Under the pieces are notes generated by a model. It saw only the letters and a list, made by a program, of their open reading frames with translations. It was not told the DNA's origin and searched no databases. From the NCBI RefSeq assembly GCF_009914755.1, contig NC_060926.1: a stretch of DNA of 64,000 nucleotides, one strand, 5' to 3'. Positions 1 to 48,362 of this stretch are shown in pieces (position 1 is the stretch's first letter; the number at the start of each line of letters is the position of its first letter). A program made the position numbers and the translations under genes. Source of the stretch: the human T2T-CHM13v2.0 reference genome, Homo sapiens.

Positions 1-145
1 GCAGCAGGAACTACAAGAGACAGCAGAGGGTGTGCCTGCCAGGGCTTGCAGGGGGGCCGCGTGCGGTAGCCCTTGCCCTTGATGAGCTGGGTTTGCAGTT
101 ACTTTCCTGTCCTGATGACGTGTCTGCTTTGTGTTCACATTTTAG

Positions 146-27472
<27,327 letters not shown>

Positions 27473-28635
27473 AAATGCAGCATCTGTCTCCTGCTTCACA
27501 GGGTCGACTGTCAGGGTGACCGTATGTGGCCGCAGCTGTGTGGCATGGAACTTGGTCAGGGTTGAATTCCAGCTCTACTCACCCTTTGAAAGCTGTGTGA
27601 CTGCCTGAGAGAACCTGTTTCTTCACCTAAAAAATGGGACTTTTTGTCTCAGTCCCAGTGAAGTGCCAGGTTTGATTGTGAAGTCCGCATGAAACACTGC
27701 ACCAGGCAGGGCTTTGCAAAGTGCAAGGTATCCCCAGTCCAAGTATATGAAAACGTGCACACAGGACTCTCATTACTTTTTTATGGAATCTGCAAGGTGT
27801 TTTTAGGCTTTTTAATCTGATTTTCTTATAAATGAAAGATTATTTAGTCACCTTTCTCCTGTCCAACTTCACCACCACCTGATAATGGGTATATAACAGG
27901 AAGCTGAAGGTACAACATAGTGACTAAAATTCAGACTTACACAAGACAGTTTGAGGCATATTTCTTAATCTGGTATCACCTCGTGTGTTCTTTGGGGCCC
28001 TAGAAACCCTGGCTTTTGGGAGTGCTATGGCAAGTAGAAGTTCTGCCGGATGGAAAGAGGCTGCCCCATTTGAGGTCATTTAAAATCTGTGAAGCAAATC
28101 CAGACTCCTTGCCGTTCAGCCACTGTGAAACCAGAATCTGCTTCACAGAAAAAAGCATCTCAGTTAGGAGAAGAGACATCCCCTCCTTCTCACTTGCCAA
28201 AGAGATTCAAAGACAGCCCCTATCCTCCATTCTTGAGTCAGGGCCCTAGGTGACCTATTCTAACTCAAGGAGGAGAGCTATGTACAGGGAGAGCATTTTA
28301 GATTGAAGGTTGGAATGGTGTACTAAACCAAAAAAGCTGACAACTGAGAGTTTTAGAAGATTAGACCATTAGGAACGTATCTTTGCAAACTGCCCATTCA
28401 CCCATGAAGAGGAAGCCTCAAGATCCCTTGGAATTGCATCCCAAGGCAAAGCTTTTGGCTCACCGAAAGCTCACAGATTGCAGAAATTAGCTTTTTTAAA
28501 AAACAAACCCCAGTAAATATAATTTCATTAACATTTTATAACAGATTTATATTTTTGAGTTCCGTGATTGCAAATTATGACCTCAAATTCCATCCTTCAC
28601 TTATGTAACATGTTGCAAATTACCCAAAGATGAGT

Positions 28636-28730
28636 CTTTCTTCTTTCTTTCCTTTTTCCTTTCTTCTTCCTTTCCTTTTTTCTTTCTTCTTCCTTCTTTC
28701 TTCCTTTTTCTCTCTCCTCTTTTCCTCCTC
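28636..28730. repeat. CT-rich low-complexity tract in the 3' UTR
   Basis: ~95 nt of only C and T. Confidence 0.9.
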
Positions 28731-28794
28731 AAAATGTATATATTTTAAAAGCCTTAACTGTTAGTTATGCCTGCATTCATATTTGCACAGGAAA

Positions 28795-28800
28795 AATAAA
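28795..28800 (+). terminator. Polyadenylation signal AATAAA of CNGA3
   Basis: Canonical hexamer with upstream TGTA motifs (~28604, ~28735); L1-derived sequence begins shortly after. Confidence 0.8.
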
Positions 28801-30166
28801 GACCTGGATTTAAAAATAGGAATGACTCTTGCTTCAGCTCTTGCCATAAAGGAAGTTTCAGTCCCAGAGTATGTTTCTAGGGCAATGGCTTCCCTAGAAA
28901 GGATAGGTGCTGATGTGGGGGACGGCACACATTCCAAGAAAGTGACAAAGCCAAGTGCTGTTAAGGGCACAAACCAACAAGAACTCTCATTCATTGCTGG
29001 TGGGCATGCAATATTGCAATATGCAATATGGAAGACAATTTGGTAGTTTTTATAAAGTTAGGCATATGCTTTAGCATATGACCCAGCAATCACACCCTAG
29101 GTATTTACCTAAAAGAATTTGAAACTTATATGCACATAAAAACATGTATATAAATGTTGGTAGCAGCTTTATTCATTATTAACAAAAATCTGGAAGCAGT
29201 AATAATATCATTCAATAAGTGAATGGATAGATAAACAGTCAGGCGAGGTGGCGTGTGCCTATAATCCCAGCTACTAAGGAGGCTGAGAAGGGAAAATCAT
29301 TTGAGTCCAACAGTTTGAGGACAGCCTAGGCAACATAGCAAGACCCTGTCTCTAAAAAAAAAAAAAAAACGAAAGAAATAAAGAAAAAAGTAAAACAGTG
29401 GTATATTTATACAATCACCTATAATCAAATACTACTCAGGAATGAAAATGAATGAGCAATTGATCAAGGGAAAAAGATTCCATTTGTATGACATTCTGGA
29501 AAAGGCAAACAATAATGGTGGAAAACAGCTCAGCGGTTGCCAGGGGTTGTCAGGAGGTGTAGAGGCTGATTGCAAAGGAGATCACGGGGGAATTTTTAGT
29601 GTGATGGAACTGTTTTGCATGGTGTTGGGGTGGTGGGTATATGACTGTGCATTGTTCACTCTCACAGAACTGTATACCACAAAGAATAAACTGTAATGTA
29701 TGAAATTTTAAAATATCAACCCGAATGTGGGCAATATAAGGATGGAAAGCAGATTGTGACAAATGAATCTAGCTATATTAGAAATATATGACATAACTTT
29801 ACTGAAGGACATAGGGTAAAACAATGACCTAAGTAATGTTAAAAATGGTGCTTTGAGTAGAAACTAAGGCTAAAGATGAAAAGATGTGACATGAATACTG
29901 TACTCTAGTTGTAAATTTGTTTCACACGGGGATATGCGTTACTAATTCAGAATTACATTATACTATGGATGAATGCATGAATGAGGGAATAAATAAATAA
30001 ATGTTTTAAAAAATGGAAGCCAGATTTATCATAGTCAGAAAAAGAAGTTACAAATAAGACCACACAAGATCAGAATGAACCCTGTGGTACTGGATTGAAA
30101 TCAGACATTAGAATGAACTCACGTTTATTTATATATCCAGGTAGACAGATGCAGAAATGATTGTAG

Positions 30167-30169
30167 GTG

Positions 30170-30200
<31 letters not shown>

Positions 30201-30205
30201 ATGTA
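30167..30205. repeat. (GT)n microsatellite
   Basis: About 17 GT units with one interruption. Confidence 0.97.
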
Positions 30206-30453
30206 TATATATGTTGGTATACATAGATATATTTCTAACTCTGTGTACCAAGAAGGCTTGGCAGTGATACCTATTACAAAGAGCACACCAAGCACCCAGA
30301 TCTTGGTTTCCAAATATCTTTCTCCAATAAAAGGAACCAGGGCTGATTCTAGGGCTGAGACGGGGAAAATATACCATGAGCATGGAGTGTCTTGTAGTGC
30401 CGGAAAGTACTCAAAAAGCACAATGTTGGGGGGCAAGTGGCGATAGGGCTTTC

Positions 30454-30454
30454 T

Positions 30455-30497
<43 letters not shown>
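30454..30497. repeat. (AC)n microsatellite
   Basis: About 19 perfect AC units. Confidence 0.97.
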
Positions 30498-30499
<2 letters not shown>

Positions 30500-31039
30500 G
30501 ATGGAAGTAAATTAGAGGGACATAGCAACCAACCTGAAAGAGCTCCCAATGGCCAAAACTAAAGCCATTTGAAAAACAAAATTTTTAAATTTAGTATTAG
30601 ACTATATCCCAAAGTATAAAAGTCCATGAGTCTATGCCATAAATGAATGATTGAATAAATAAATTAATGAGGGAGAAAGGACACATATTTTTTACAGAAG
30701 GATTCCAGATCATATATGTAGATTATTCGATACTTTCCACCCCAGGATGTAAAGCCTTATTGATGGATCTTGCACTCAGAACTGGAGCCAAGGATCCAGC
30801 AGCCTCTACACTGCCATGGGGGAACATAATGTCAATATCAACTGGTCATGTGAATGGGATTACAGTAAGGAGGTTGAGGTGGGAAAGTTATCCTGGATTT
30901 TCCAAGGGGACCTGATATAATCACAAGGATTCTGATAAGTGGGAGGCAGGAAGATCAGAGAGAGGAAGGCAATGTAACAATTAAAGAATATGTATTATTA
31001 TTATGGTAGAAACTTCATTAAGATTTTTGAGATTCTGGA

Positions 31040-33960
<2,921 letters not shown>

Positions 33961-33979
33961 AACTAGTTGCAAAGTTGAT

Positions 33980-38349
<4,370 letters not shown>

Positions 38350-38884
38350 TTAAGACTTGAGTAAAAACAAACAAACATAACAGAAACCCACACTGTTTAA
38401 CTCAAGTCACAGGAACAGCCACGATTGTTTGTTGGATTGTTTTAAGGAGAAAAGCAGATCAAAGCTAAAGTTGGTTTGAATCTGGAACAAATGGATGACT
38501 CCAGAGAAGTAAGTTCCCTCTTGTAGCTTATCCTGATAATGGCCACAGGGTGTCAACTGCAGAGTGAAGGTGGGAGGGGATCAGGGTGTTTTCAGATACT
38601 GTTTTCTCTCCCACCTTGGCAGTCACGGCTGCTTATGTTGAGGGGCGGGAGGATGCCACTTGCTATTTATTCTTGTTCTTTATCCGAAAGCTGAACTTTT
38701 CTCTGCGATAGTGTAACTCTTCACCTTAAATGACTAAAGCCAGTCTTGTGAAAAACAGACAGCATTAGTCAGCTGGCTGAATTTTATAAAAAATAAACTT
38801 CAAGCTTACGTATTGTGAAGAAGCATTTTGATCCATAGAGTTTCTAAAGTAATTTTAAGAAAATCCCCAAAACCAACAAGGTCA

Positions 38885-39047
38885 CTACTCAGAGTGAGGT
38901 CGCTTTACTAGCAGCATCAAGTTCACCTGGGATCTTGTTAGAAAAATGCAGAATCTTGGGCCCACCCTAGACTTACTGAGTCAGAATGTGCATTTTGACA
39001 AGACCCCAGGGGATTCGTGTTGTCCATTAGCATTTGAGAAGCACTGG
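38885..39047. mobile_element. MER5A-like hAT MITE
   Basis: agcagcatca...cacctgggatcttgttagaaaaatgcagaatcttgggccc...tttgagaagcactg. Confidence 0.8.
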
Positions 39048-39311
39048 TATGAAGTACTTGAAACTATCTGCAAGTATGTTATCTGAATCTTTCCAACTTA
39101 CACCTAACTCAATTGCTTGCTGAATTAAATATGTATATTTATATATATCAAATATATATATATATTTGAATAGTTAAAATACAACAGGATAGCAATGTTA
39201 TTGTGAGCCACCACAGTGTAGAGATGGCATCTGAGGATGTTCCTAGCAGTTATTGTGCTGGCTCACCCAACACTGTGGCTCAAACGTGGAGGCTCAGTGC
39301 TTGTACCATGA

Positions 39312-39691
<380 letters not shown>

Positions 39692-39699
39692 TGAGCACA

Positions 39700-40465
39700 A
39701 CTTCTTATCTGCAACACACAGTCAGAAGTTACTCTGTAAAAAATTTTTCCAGCCATTAGACATGTAAAATTGTAAGCAGTTATCATCAACACCTAGTCAG
39801 ATGGAATGCATGTCAGAAATCAGAAATATGCTTGATAATGCAACAAGTACAGTTTTAAGTACATCATAATATTTTCCTTTTTTGATGAGAATCACATGAA
39901 ATTAGTCAGAATTCCAGTGTTTTGAAGTTCACAAATGTGCGGTGGGGCTACAAATAGTGACTACAGCTAGGCTAGTTCATAGAGGGAAAAAAATTGATAG
40001 ACGGGTCTCCAAATTTAACAGCAATTCTGAAAATGTATTTAATACATACATTTACCAATGATGAGTTGTGGAGCCAAAATAAACCTTTCTGAAGCAGCAG
40101 TAATTAAAACAACACAATTTCGGATGAACAATTCTACAGGAAAGACACAATTTCTTCTATATTCTCTTTATCAAAAATTATATGGATTGTTGCTATATGA
40201 AGAAGCGATCAGAGTTGACAGCCAAAAAATGTAGCAAACATTGTATTAACCACTTGACTAATAAAATAGTAATAAAATACTAATAAAGTATTGTTCTGGA
40301 TTTTGGGATGTTAGTGGCATTTTAAATTTATAATACAGTGTGATTTTTCTTGGTCTAAATAAATGCTTTTGTTTATGGTTTTGAATTTGTAATTCAGTAT
40401 TCTTTTTTGAAATACTCTTCCCCTAGTGTGTAAAATTTATGCTCCCCAAATTCTGGGTCCTGCTA
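39700..40465 (+). mobile_element. hAT (Tip100-like) DNA transposon fossil with transposase C-terminal remnant
   Basis: Frameshifted PNLTAILKMYL / PMMSCGAKINLSEAAVIKTTQFR / TILQERHNFFYILFIKN / YEEAIR at 40009-40213; outer limits approximate. Confidence 0.6.
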
Positions 40466-40993
40466 TAATCAGTAGTGTGTTCTTTCATGGTTTCTAGCAG
40501 TGAGTTTGTTGTAATAAAATTAGAAGATGAGCTTTCGTTGGTGCATTTAAATACTTAAGCTACATGTCTAGAAATTAAAACTAAGTGATAGGTAGGCATC
40601 TATATTAAGATCGCCACTTTGATGTGGTGGTTTCAAATGCTAGTGCTGTAGAGTCAAAGGCTATATTAATGTTACTATTCAATGAGTCTATTAATCTTGA
40701 ATTTAGTGGCGAGAGACTGAATCAATTAATAAACAGTAAAACCCTGCCCTGGTTCACTAACAATAATGCTAAATCAGAACAAAGAAGCTGGAGAATTTCC
40801 TTAATCAGCGATAGACAAGGAGAACCTTACAAGATTGGTCCTGAGCTCCAGAGAAGCCAAATATCTGGGTGGGATGTAAATACTTGGGCTTATTAATGAG
40901 GTTATTCTGATCTAGGATTTTTTTTTAAATTTCTATTTAGATTCCAGCATACTGTGGCACTTCTTTCTCATAACCTCATCTCCTGAAATATGG

Positions 40994-41326
40994 TTTTTTT
41001 TGTTTGTTTGTTTGTTTGTTTGTTTTCTGAGACAAGGTCTCGCTCTGTCACCCAGGCTGGAGAGTGGAGAGCAGTGGCATGATCATGGCTCACTGCGGCC
41101 TCGACCTCCTGGACTCAAAGGATCCTCTCACCCCCACCTCAGTCTCCCAAATAGCTAGGACCACAGGCACATGCCACCATGCCCCACTATTTTTTTTTTT
41201 ATTTTTTGTAGAGACGGGGTTTCACCATGTTGCCCAGGCTAGTCTCGAACTCCTGGGCTCAAGCGATCTGCCTGCTGCAGCCTCTCAAAATGCTGGGATT
41301 ACAGGCGTGAACCACTGCTCCCAGCC
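40994..41326 (-). mobile_element. AluJ with a (TTTG)n tail
   Basis: J-type cactgcggcctcgacctcctggactcaa and ctcctgggctcaagcgat. Confidence 0.93.
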
Positions 41327-41360
41327 AAATATGTTCATCTTTATAGAAAAGTAGGCTTTG

Positions 41361-41658
<298 letters not shown>

Positions 41659-42671
41659 GGAAAGAAGACTTTGGAGAGGTCCCAGGCCCTCACATTCTAT
41701 CCTTGGATCATGTGAGGGTGAACACCTGCAATAATAAGGGTATTCAGAGAGAGGCCTGGCAAAGGTGGAGTTTGCCACAACCTGTACCCACCACCTTAGA
41801 TGCTGTTCTTCTGAAAGAGTGAGCAGAAAGGAGCCTTCCAAAAAGCCTGTTCAGGGGTTCTCAAAGCCATGTTCCATGGAATACGTGTGTGAGTCACACA
41901 AGTACTTTGCTTTGGAATTTAGGAAGAGCAGTCTTTTGCCAATTTTCAGAAAAAAGTAATGGCTTCAATTTTTTTCATTTTTCTTCCATAAAAGTTTCTG
42001 TAACTTTTGCTCCATGGTATTACTAGTCATTTACTGGCCAACAAAATGCGTTAAATGCATTAATAGCAAATCATATTAATTAAGATAATGCTAGCCACTG
42101 TGATGAATAACCTCCCAGCATTTGGTGGCTTGATGCAATGCAAGGTTCTCACTCAGCAACAGTGCAGTATGAGTGCTCCCAGATGGCAGGGCTCCAGGCA
42201 CTATTTTTCAGCTTTGCCCTTCCCTCAGAGTGCAGAGCTCTGCAGGCAGCCTGCAGGCAGGGCAGGGGAGACGGAAAAGGTACATCTGCTTCATATTCAC
42301 CTTGTAGAAGAGACACGTGTCACTTCTATTGGTGAAAGCTTGTCACATCTAGAAGCAAGTGGGGGTGAGTGGAGAAGAGGGAGGGGAAATTGTGATCCTT
42401 GACTAGGTGGCCACTTCCCAGTGACAACTCTGCTCTCTGGAAAGGGAACGGTCACAACATAGATATCTAGTTGTCCATGCAAACTAAAATCAGCTAAGAA
42501 AACCCTCAGAATTCACATAATTCCACAGCTTCCTTTCATGTGTTCATATTTGCTCTCAAATTTGATGCTATTTCATATACATATAATAGAGTCAGTCATA
42601 TTTTCTGCCAGCTAAATATGCCAGGAAAACTGAGTCACCCCTTATATAAGTGCTGGGTAAGGAGGTGATCA

Positions 42672-42980
<309 letters not shown>

Positions 42981-43459
42981 GGAGTCAAATTACCATAGGA
43001 AATCTCTTGAATTGCCCTCTGCATACAGTCTGGTTAGGTCCTCCATAACCAGTATTCCCTTCAGTGGAGCAGATTGATCACTCTTTGGCTGGGACCCAGA
43101 GGAAGGAGTCAGCTTGTTTTTAATGACCATATTCAGGAATGCCACATATGGTTGCTCTAGTTGTGCACTGCCCAAAAGGGACCTTCTTAAGAGGTGTCCC
43201 GCAGTCTCGCCATCATGGATTTTTTTGATATTTACTATGGCAGATTTCCAGCAGATGGCAGTAGAGGGTCTATGCTAATGCGCCGTATACTATGACAATT
43301 CTTGAGGGCAGAAGGTCAAATTCTTATCTAGACAGGGCTGCTTTGCATTAATCCTTTTCCCATAACAACAGAGACATGGGTTCTTAATCAGAACTAATGT
43401 TTTGACTCCCACCAGACTTGCAGCATACTGGCAGCAATATTTATTGAATTCATTTCTGA

Positions 43460-43860
43460 GTTCTTTAGCATATATTTAACTTAGCCAGTAACAGTTGCCA
43501 GTGGAGAACATAGCTTCTCAAAATTAAAGTTACTTTAAAACTTCTTAAGATTTACAATGTTGCAGGAAAAACTGGCAAGTGCAATGATCATTTCTATTAA
43601 AAAAAAAGAGAGAGAGATCACGGAACACATATGCATTAAAACTGTTGAAGAATTTCATTTCCACAAAAGCAAAATGTGCATCTATTTCATGACAGATTAA
43701 TAAATCTTAGTGATTTTGAGTCACTGTTACCAAGAACTTGAAACTTCTATTTTATGTTGGATGTTTTACATAATTTTAAACAATGGCTTTATGTTTGTTA
43801 TCACTGTTCATATTGAAAAATTAATACTATATCAACTTAAATAATACTGTGTGCCTGGGT
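43460..43860 (+). mobile_element. hAT transposon fossil containing the transposase dimerisation domain
   Basis: 43485-43601 reads PVTVASGEHSFSKLKLL*NFLRFTMLQEKLASAMIISIK; outer limits approximate. Confidence 0.75.
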
Positions 43861-44043
43861 CCTGGGGTGGTGGCTGTCAGTGTGGTGAGCTGCTCACTAT
43901 CTGAGATGCTCTCAGGATCCCCGCTCATTTCAGCAGCAGAACACCAGGCAGAATCTTCACAACTGTTCAGATTATTTCTCCCCTCCCATGCAGTCCCAGA
44001 CTCAGAGAGTTGGATTTGGAGGATTTAAACAAGCAAGTGGTAC

Positions 44044-45127
44044 TGTTGCGGGAAGTCAGGGACCCTGAACGGAGGGACCTGCTGAAGCCATGACAGAAGA
44101 ATATAAATTGTGAAGATTTCATGGACATTTGTTAGTTCTCCAAATTAATACTTTTATAATTTCTTACGCCTGTCTTTACTGCAATCTCTGAACATAAATT
44201 GTGAAGATTTCATGGACATTTATCATTTCCCCAATCAATACCCTTATAATTTCCTATGCCTGTCTTTACTTTAATCTCTTAATCCCGTTGTCTTCATAAG
44301 CTGAGGATGTATGTCACCTCAGGACCCTGTGATGATTGCATTAACTGCACAAATTGTTTGTAAAGCATGTGTGTTTGAACAATATGAAATCTGGGCACCT
44401 TGAAAAAAGAACAGGATAACAGCAATGTTCAGGGAACAAGGGAGATAAACATTAGGTCTGACTGCCTGGGAGCCAGGTAGGACAGAGCCATATTTCTCTT
44501 ATTACTGCAAACGGGTAAGAGAAATATCGTTGAATTCTTTCCCCAGTAAGGAATATTAATAATTAACAGCCCTGGGAAAAGAATGCATTCCCGGGGGGGG
44601 CCTCTAAAATGGCCGCTCTGGAGGGTGTCTGCCTTATGCAGTTGCAGATAAGGGATGAAACACACCCTGGCCTCCTGCAGCACCCCCAGGCTTGCTAGGA
44701 TTAGGAAATTCCAGCCTGGCGAATTCCAGTCAGACCGGTTCTCTGCTCTTGAACCTGTTAAGATGTTTATCAACGACAATGCGTGCACAGCAGGACATGG
44801 AACTTCATTAGTAATTCTAGTTTCACCGTGACCTTGTGATCTCACCCTGACCTTCTGCCTTGTGATCTTTTGTTGCCCTTGAAGCATATGATCTCTGTGA
44901 CCCACACTCTATTTGTACACTCCCTCCCCTTTGAAAATTGCTAATAAAAACTTGCTGGTTTTACGGCTCAGGGGGCATCATGGGACCTGCTAACATGTGA
45001 CGTCTCCCCCGGACACCCAGTTTAACATTTGTCTCTTTTGTACTCTTTCCCTTTATTTCTCAGACTGACTGACAGGGAAAATAGAAAAGAACCTACATTG
45101 AAATATCGGGGGCTGGTTCCCCTGATA
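44044..45127 (+). mobile_element. MER11 solo LTR (ERVK, HERVK11)
   Basis: Starts tgttgcgggaagtcagggaccctgaacggagggacc, ends gggctggttcccctgata; 1084 bp; perfect 6-bp TSD tggtac. Confidence 0.95.
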
Positions 45128-45244
45128 TGGTACCATGTTTCCAGACGTTTTGTCAGCCAAAGGCACTGCGTTCAAGGCTCTAGAGGGGGGTTAACGTTGC
45201 TGCCAACAGGCTGCCTTCAGGGCTATTGCATCTCCCTGTGCCTG

Positions 45245-45550
45245 GAGAAATTTGTTGCTCACAGCTCTGGAGGCTGGGAGGTCCAAGATCAAGGTGCCAG
45301 CAGATTCGGTGTCTGGTGAGGGCCTCTTCCTGGTTCAGAGATGGCATCTTCTCTTTGTGTCCTCACATGGTAGAAGCAGTGAATGAACTCTCTAGGCCTT
45401 CTTCTACAAGAATATGAATCCCATTCATGGGGACTTTACCCTTCTGACTTAATCACCTTCCAAAGGACCCGCTTCCTAGTATCATCACCTTAGGGGTTAG
45501 GATTTCAACATACAAATTTGGGGGGAACATCCATGTTCAGTTCATTGACA
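45245..45550 (-). mobile_element. MLT1A/B-like MaLR LTR fragment
   Basis: ctcacagctctggaggctgggaggtccaagatcaaggtgccagcagattcggtgtctggtgaggg. Confidence 0.8.
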
Positions 45551-45836
45551 CAGGCATTTCATGATGAATGGATTTCACAAGACTACAACGAAGCAAGACT
45601 TTTAAGAAAAAATCCATGCCCATGGCATGGGTCTTTAAAAGTTGCCTGTCCCTAAGACAAGGCAGTTACACCAGAAACCAGGCTTTGTGTCTAGTAACTG
45701 CTACACAGTGGCAGCTGTAGTTGACAAGAATCTGATGACAGCATCCTTAAATGTGTGGCAACCCTGAAGCTCACTGGCTCCCAGACAATGATGGCTTTAG
45801 ATTCTGAGGATGAGCTCTTTTTAAAAAGGAAGCATG

Positions 45837-46620
<784 letters not shown>

Positions 46621-47722
46621 TTCAAAGCTCTTTTGACAGTTCCTTTGAAATAATCCTAGTTCTGTTTCACCAAGGCAATGACTGTAAGATGAGAATTTCA
46701 AGATTTTCTTAAATGTTGGAAATTTTTTTAACTTCAGATATACTTTCAAGTGTTAAAATGAAATTTTAATTCATATGTTAACAGAAATCTTATACTCCCA
46801 GTAAAATTGCCTAAGACTAGACAGTTATGAATGACACATTACAAGTCATTTGGATGGTATTTTGCCATGGGTTCTGGTATAGCCACTGAGCCATGTGGAC
46901 CAGCTCTTCATGGTTGATGGCAGCAGTTGTAAATCTTAGACCCAGACAACAAAGTTTGCTTTGACAGAATGATTTAATTTTTCCATCCATTTTGGGTGGT
47001 TATGCAAATTTTTATTCATACATTTGATTTGCCAATGTTGGATTTAAGCACAGTCCATATCTTTCCTAACTGAATCAGAGGAGAGAAATCTTGTGCGTGT
47101 GACTGTTGTATACAAAGACAGGCTAATAATCAGGGAAGAGAATTCCAAGAACATTTTTGCCAGTGCCTGGAGTGGTTTTCCAGCATAAGGGAAGGGTTGG
47201 GCTGAGCTGTGCACATCTTCCCACCCATTATCTCCCCCTGGGTAGGGGAACATGAGTCAAAGACAGATATAACTAGTTAGAGTGGGATGCAACAGCTCTT
47301 CTCCATGCAAACCTCAGCTTTCAGGGGGCTGTCAGTGAGGCATGGTTTGGTCTTTTTAGCACATTATTTTCAGTAATAAGTCAAAATGCCAAAGCAAGAA
47401 TGCCACTGACATCATTTGTAGGATTTAAGATCCAATGGCTAATAATAAAGGAACTTCGGTGTGTTTTTCCTTCTTGGTGAGTGGGCTGGCTTTTGGTGAT
47501 AGGGTAATGGTTACATCACCTTCTCTTCTTCCTCACCTCTAGGTGAGGCAGTGAGGGACTCACCCTCCTCTCACCACACCATGGCCTCCTTACCTACCAG
47601 CCACCGTTGAAGTTAGGCTGATGAGGTGAGCAGAAGTGGTGTCGGTGTCTGAGTGTGACTGTCCCATGATTTTCTCCTCATTTGCAGTGGCTGTGCAAGC
47701 CTTGAATTAAAGAACCTGGATC

Positions 47723-47879
47723 AGAAGGAGAGGGGTGCATGATGAGAAATTAGTTAATGGGTACTATGCACATTATTCAGGTGATAGATAACCTAAAAGC
47801 CCTGACCTGACCACCATGCAATCTATGCATGTAACAAAACTGCACATGTGCCCCATAAATTTGTACAAAAACAAAAAAC
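47723..47879 (+). mobile_element. 5'-truncated L1 3' end (L1PB/L1MA-like) inserted in an old MLT1-like LTR
   Basis: catgtaacaaaactgcacatgtgcccc plus an A-rich tail; 13-bp TSD aagaacctggatc / aagagcctggatc. Confidence 0.85.
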
Positions 47880-48003
47880 AAGAGCCTGGATCTCTGAGCC
47901 ATTACTGCCACCCACGAGACTGTGATATAATTAAGAAATAAACCTTCACTGTGTAAAGCCAATGACATTTGATATTTGCTGGTAACTTTTTATAATATTT
48001 GCC

Positions 48004-48362
48004 TGTGTTAGTCTGTTTTCACACTGCTGATAAAGATATACCCAAGACTGCACAATTTACAAAAGAAAGAGGTTTATTGGACTTACAGTTCCACATGGCT
48101 GGGGAGGCCTCACAATCACAGTGGCAGGTGAAAGGCACGTCTCATATGGCAGCAGACAAAAGAAGAGAGCTTGTGCTGGAAAACTCCCATTTTTAAAACC
48201 ATCAGATCTCGTGAGGCTCATTCACTATCATGAGAACAGCGCAGGAAAGAACTGCCCTCATAATTCAATCACCTCCCACTGGGTTCCTCCCACAACGTGT
48301 GGGAATTATGGGAGTTACAATTCAAGATGACATTTGGGTGGGGACACAGCCAAACCATTTTA
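48004..48362 (-). mobile_element. THE1 solo LTR
   Basis: tgtgttagtctgttttcacactgctgataaag ... ttgggtggggacacagccaaacc. Confidence 0.92.

Larger units (their letters stand above)
27473..28820 (+). other. CNGA3: CNGA3 3' UTR (end approximate)
   Basis: Runs from the stop codon to ~20 nt past the first AATAAA I found. Confidence 0.75.
28940..30740 (+). mobile_element. Old L1 (L1M-type) 3' region, interrupted by an Alu monomer (29237-29390) and microsatellites
   Basis: gacccagcaatcacaccctaggtatttacc, agcagctttattcat, gattccatttgtatgacattctggaaaaggcaaac. Confidence 0.75.

Noticed and set aside
44429-44905. 158-aa ORF in MER11, and similarly the 136-aa ORF at 61238-61648 over MER9
   Set aside because: Both lie inside or across solo LTRs and show no gag, pol or env similarity.
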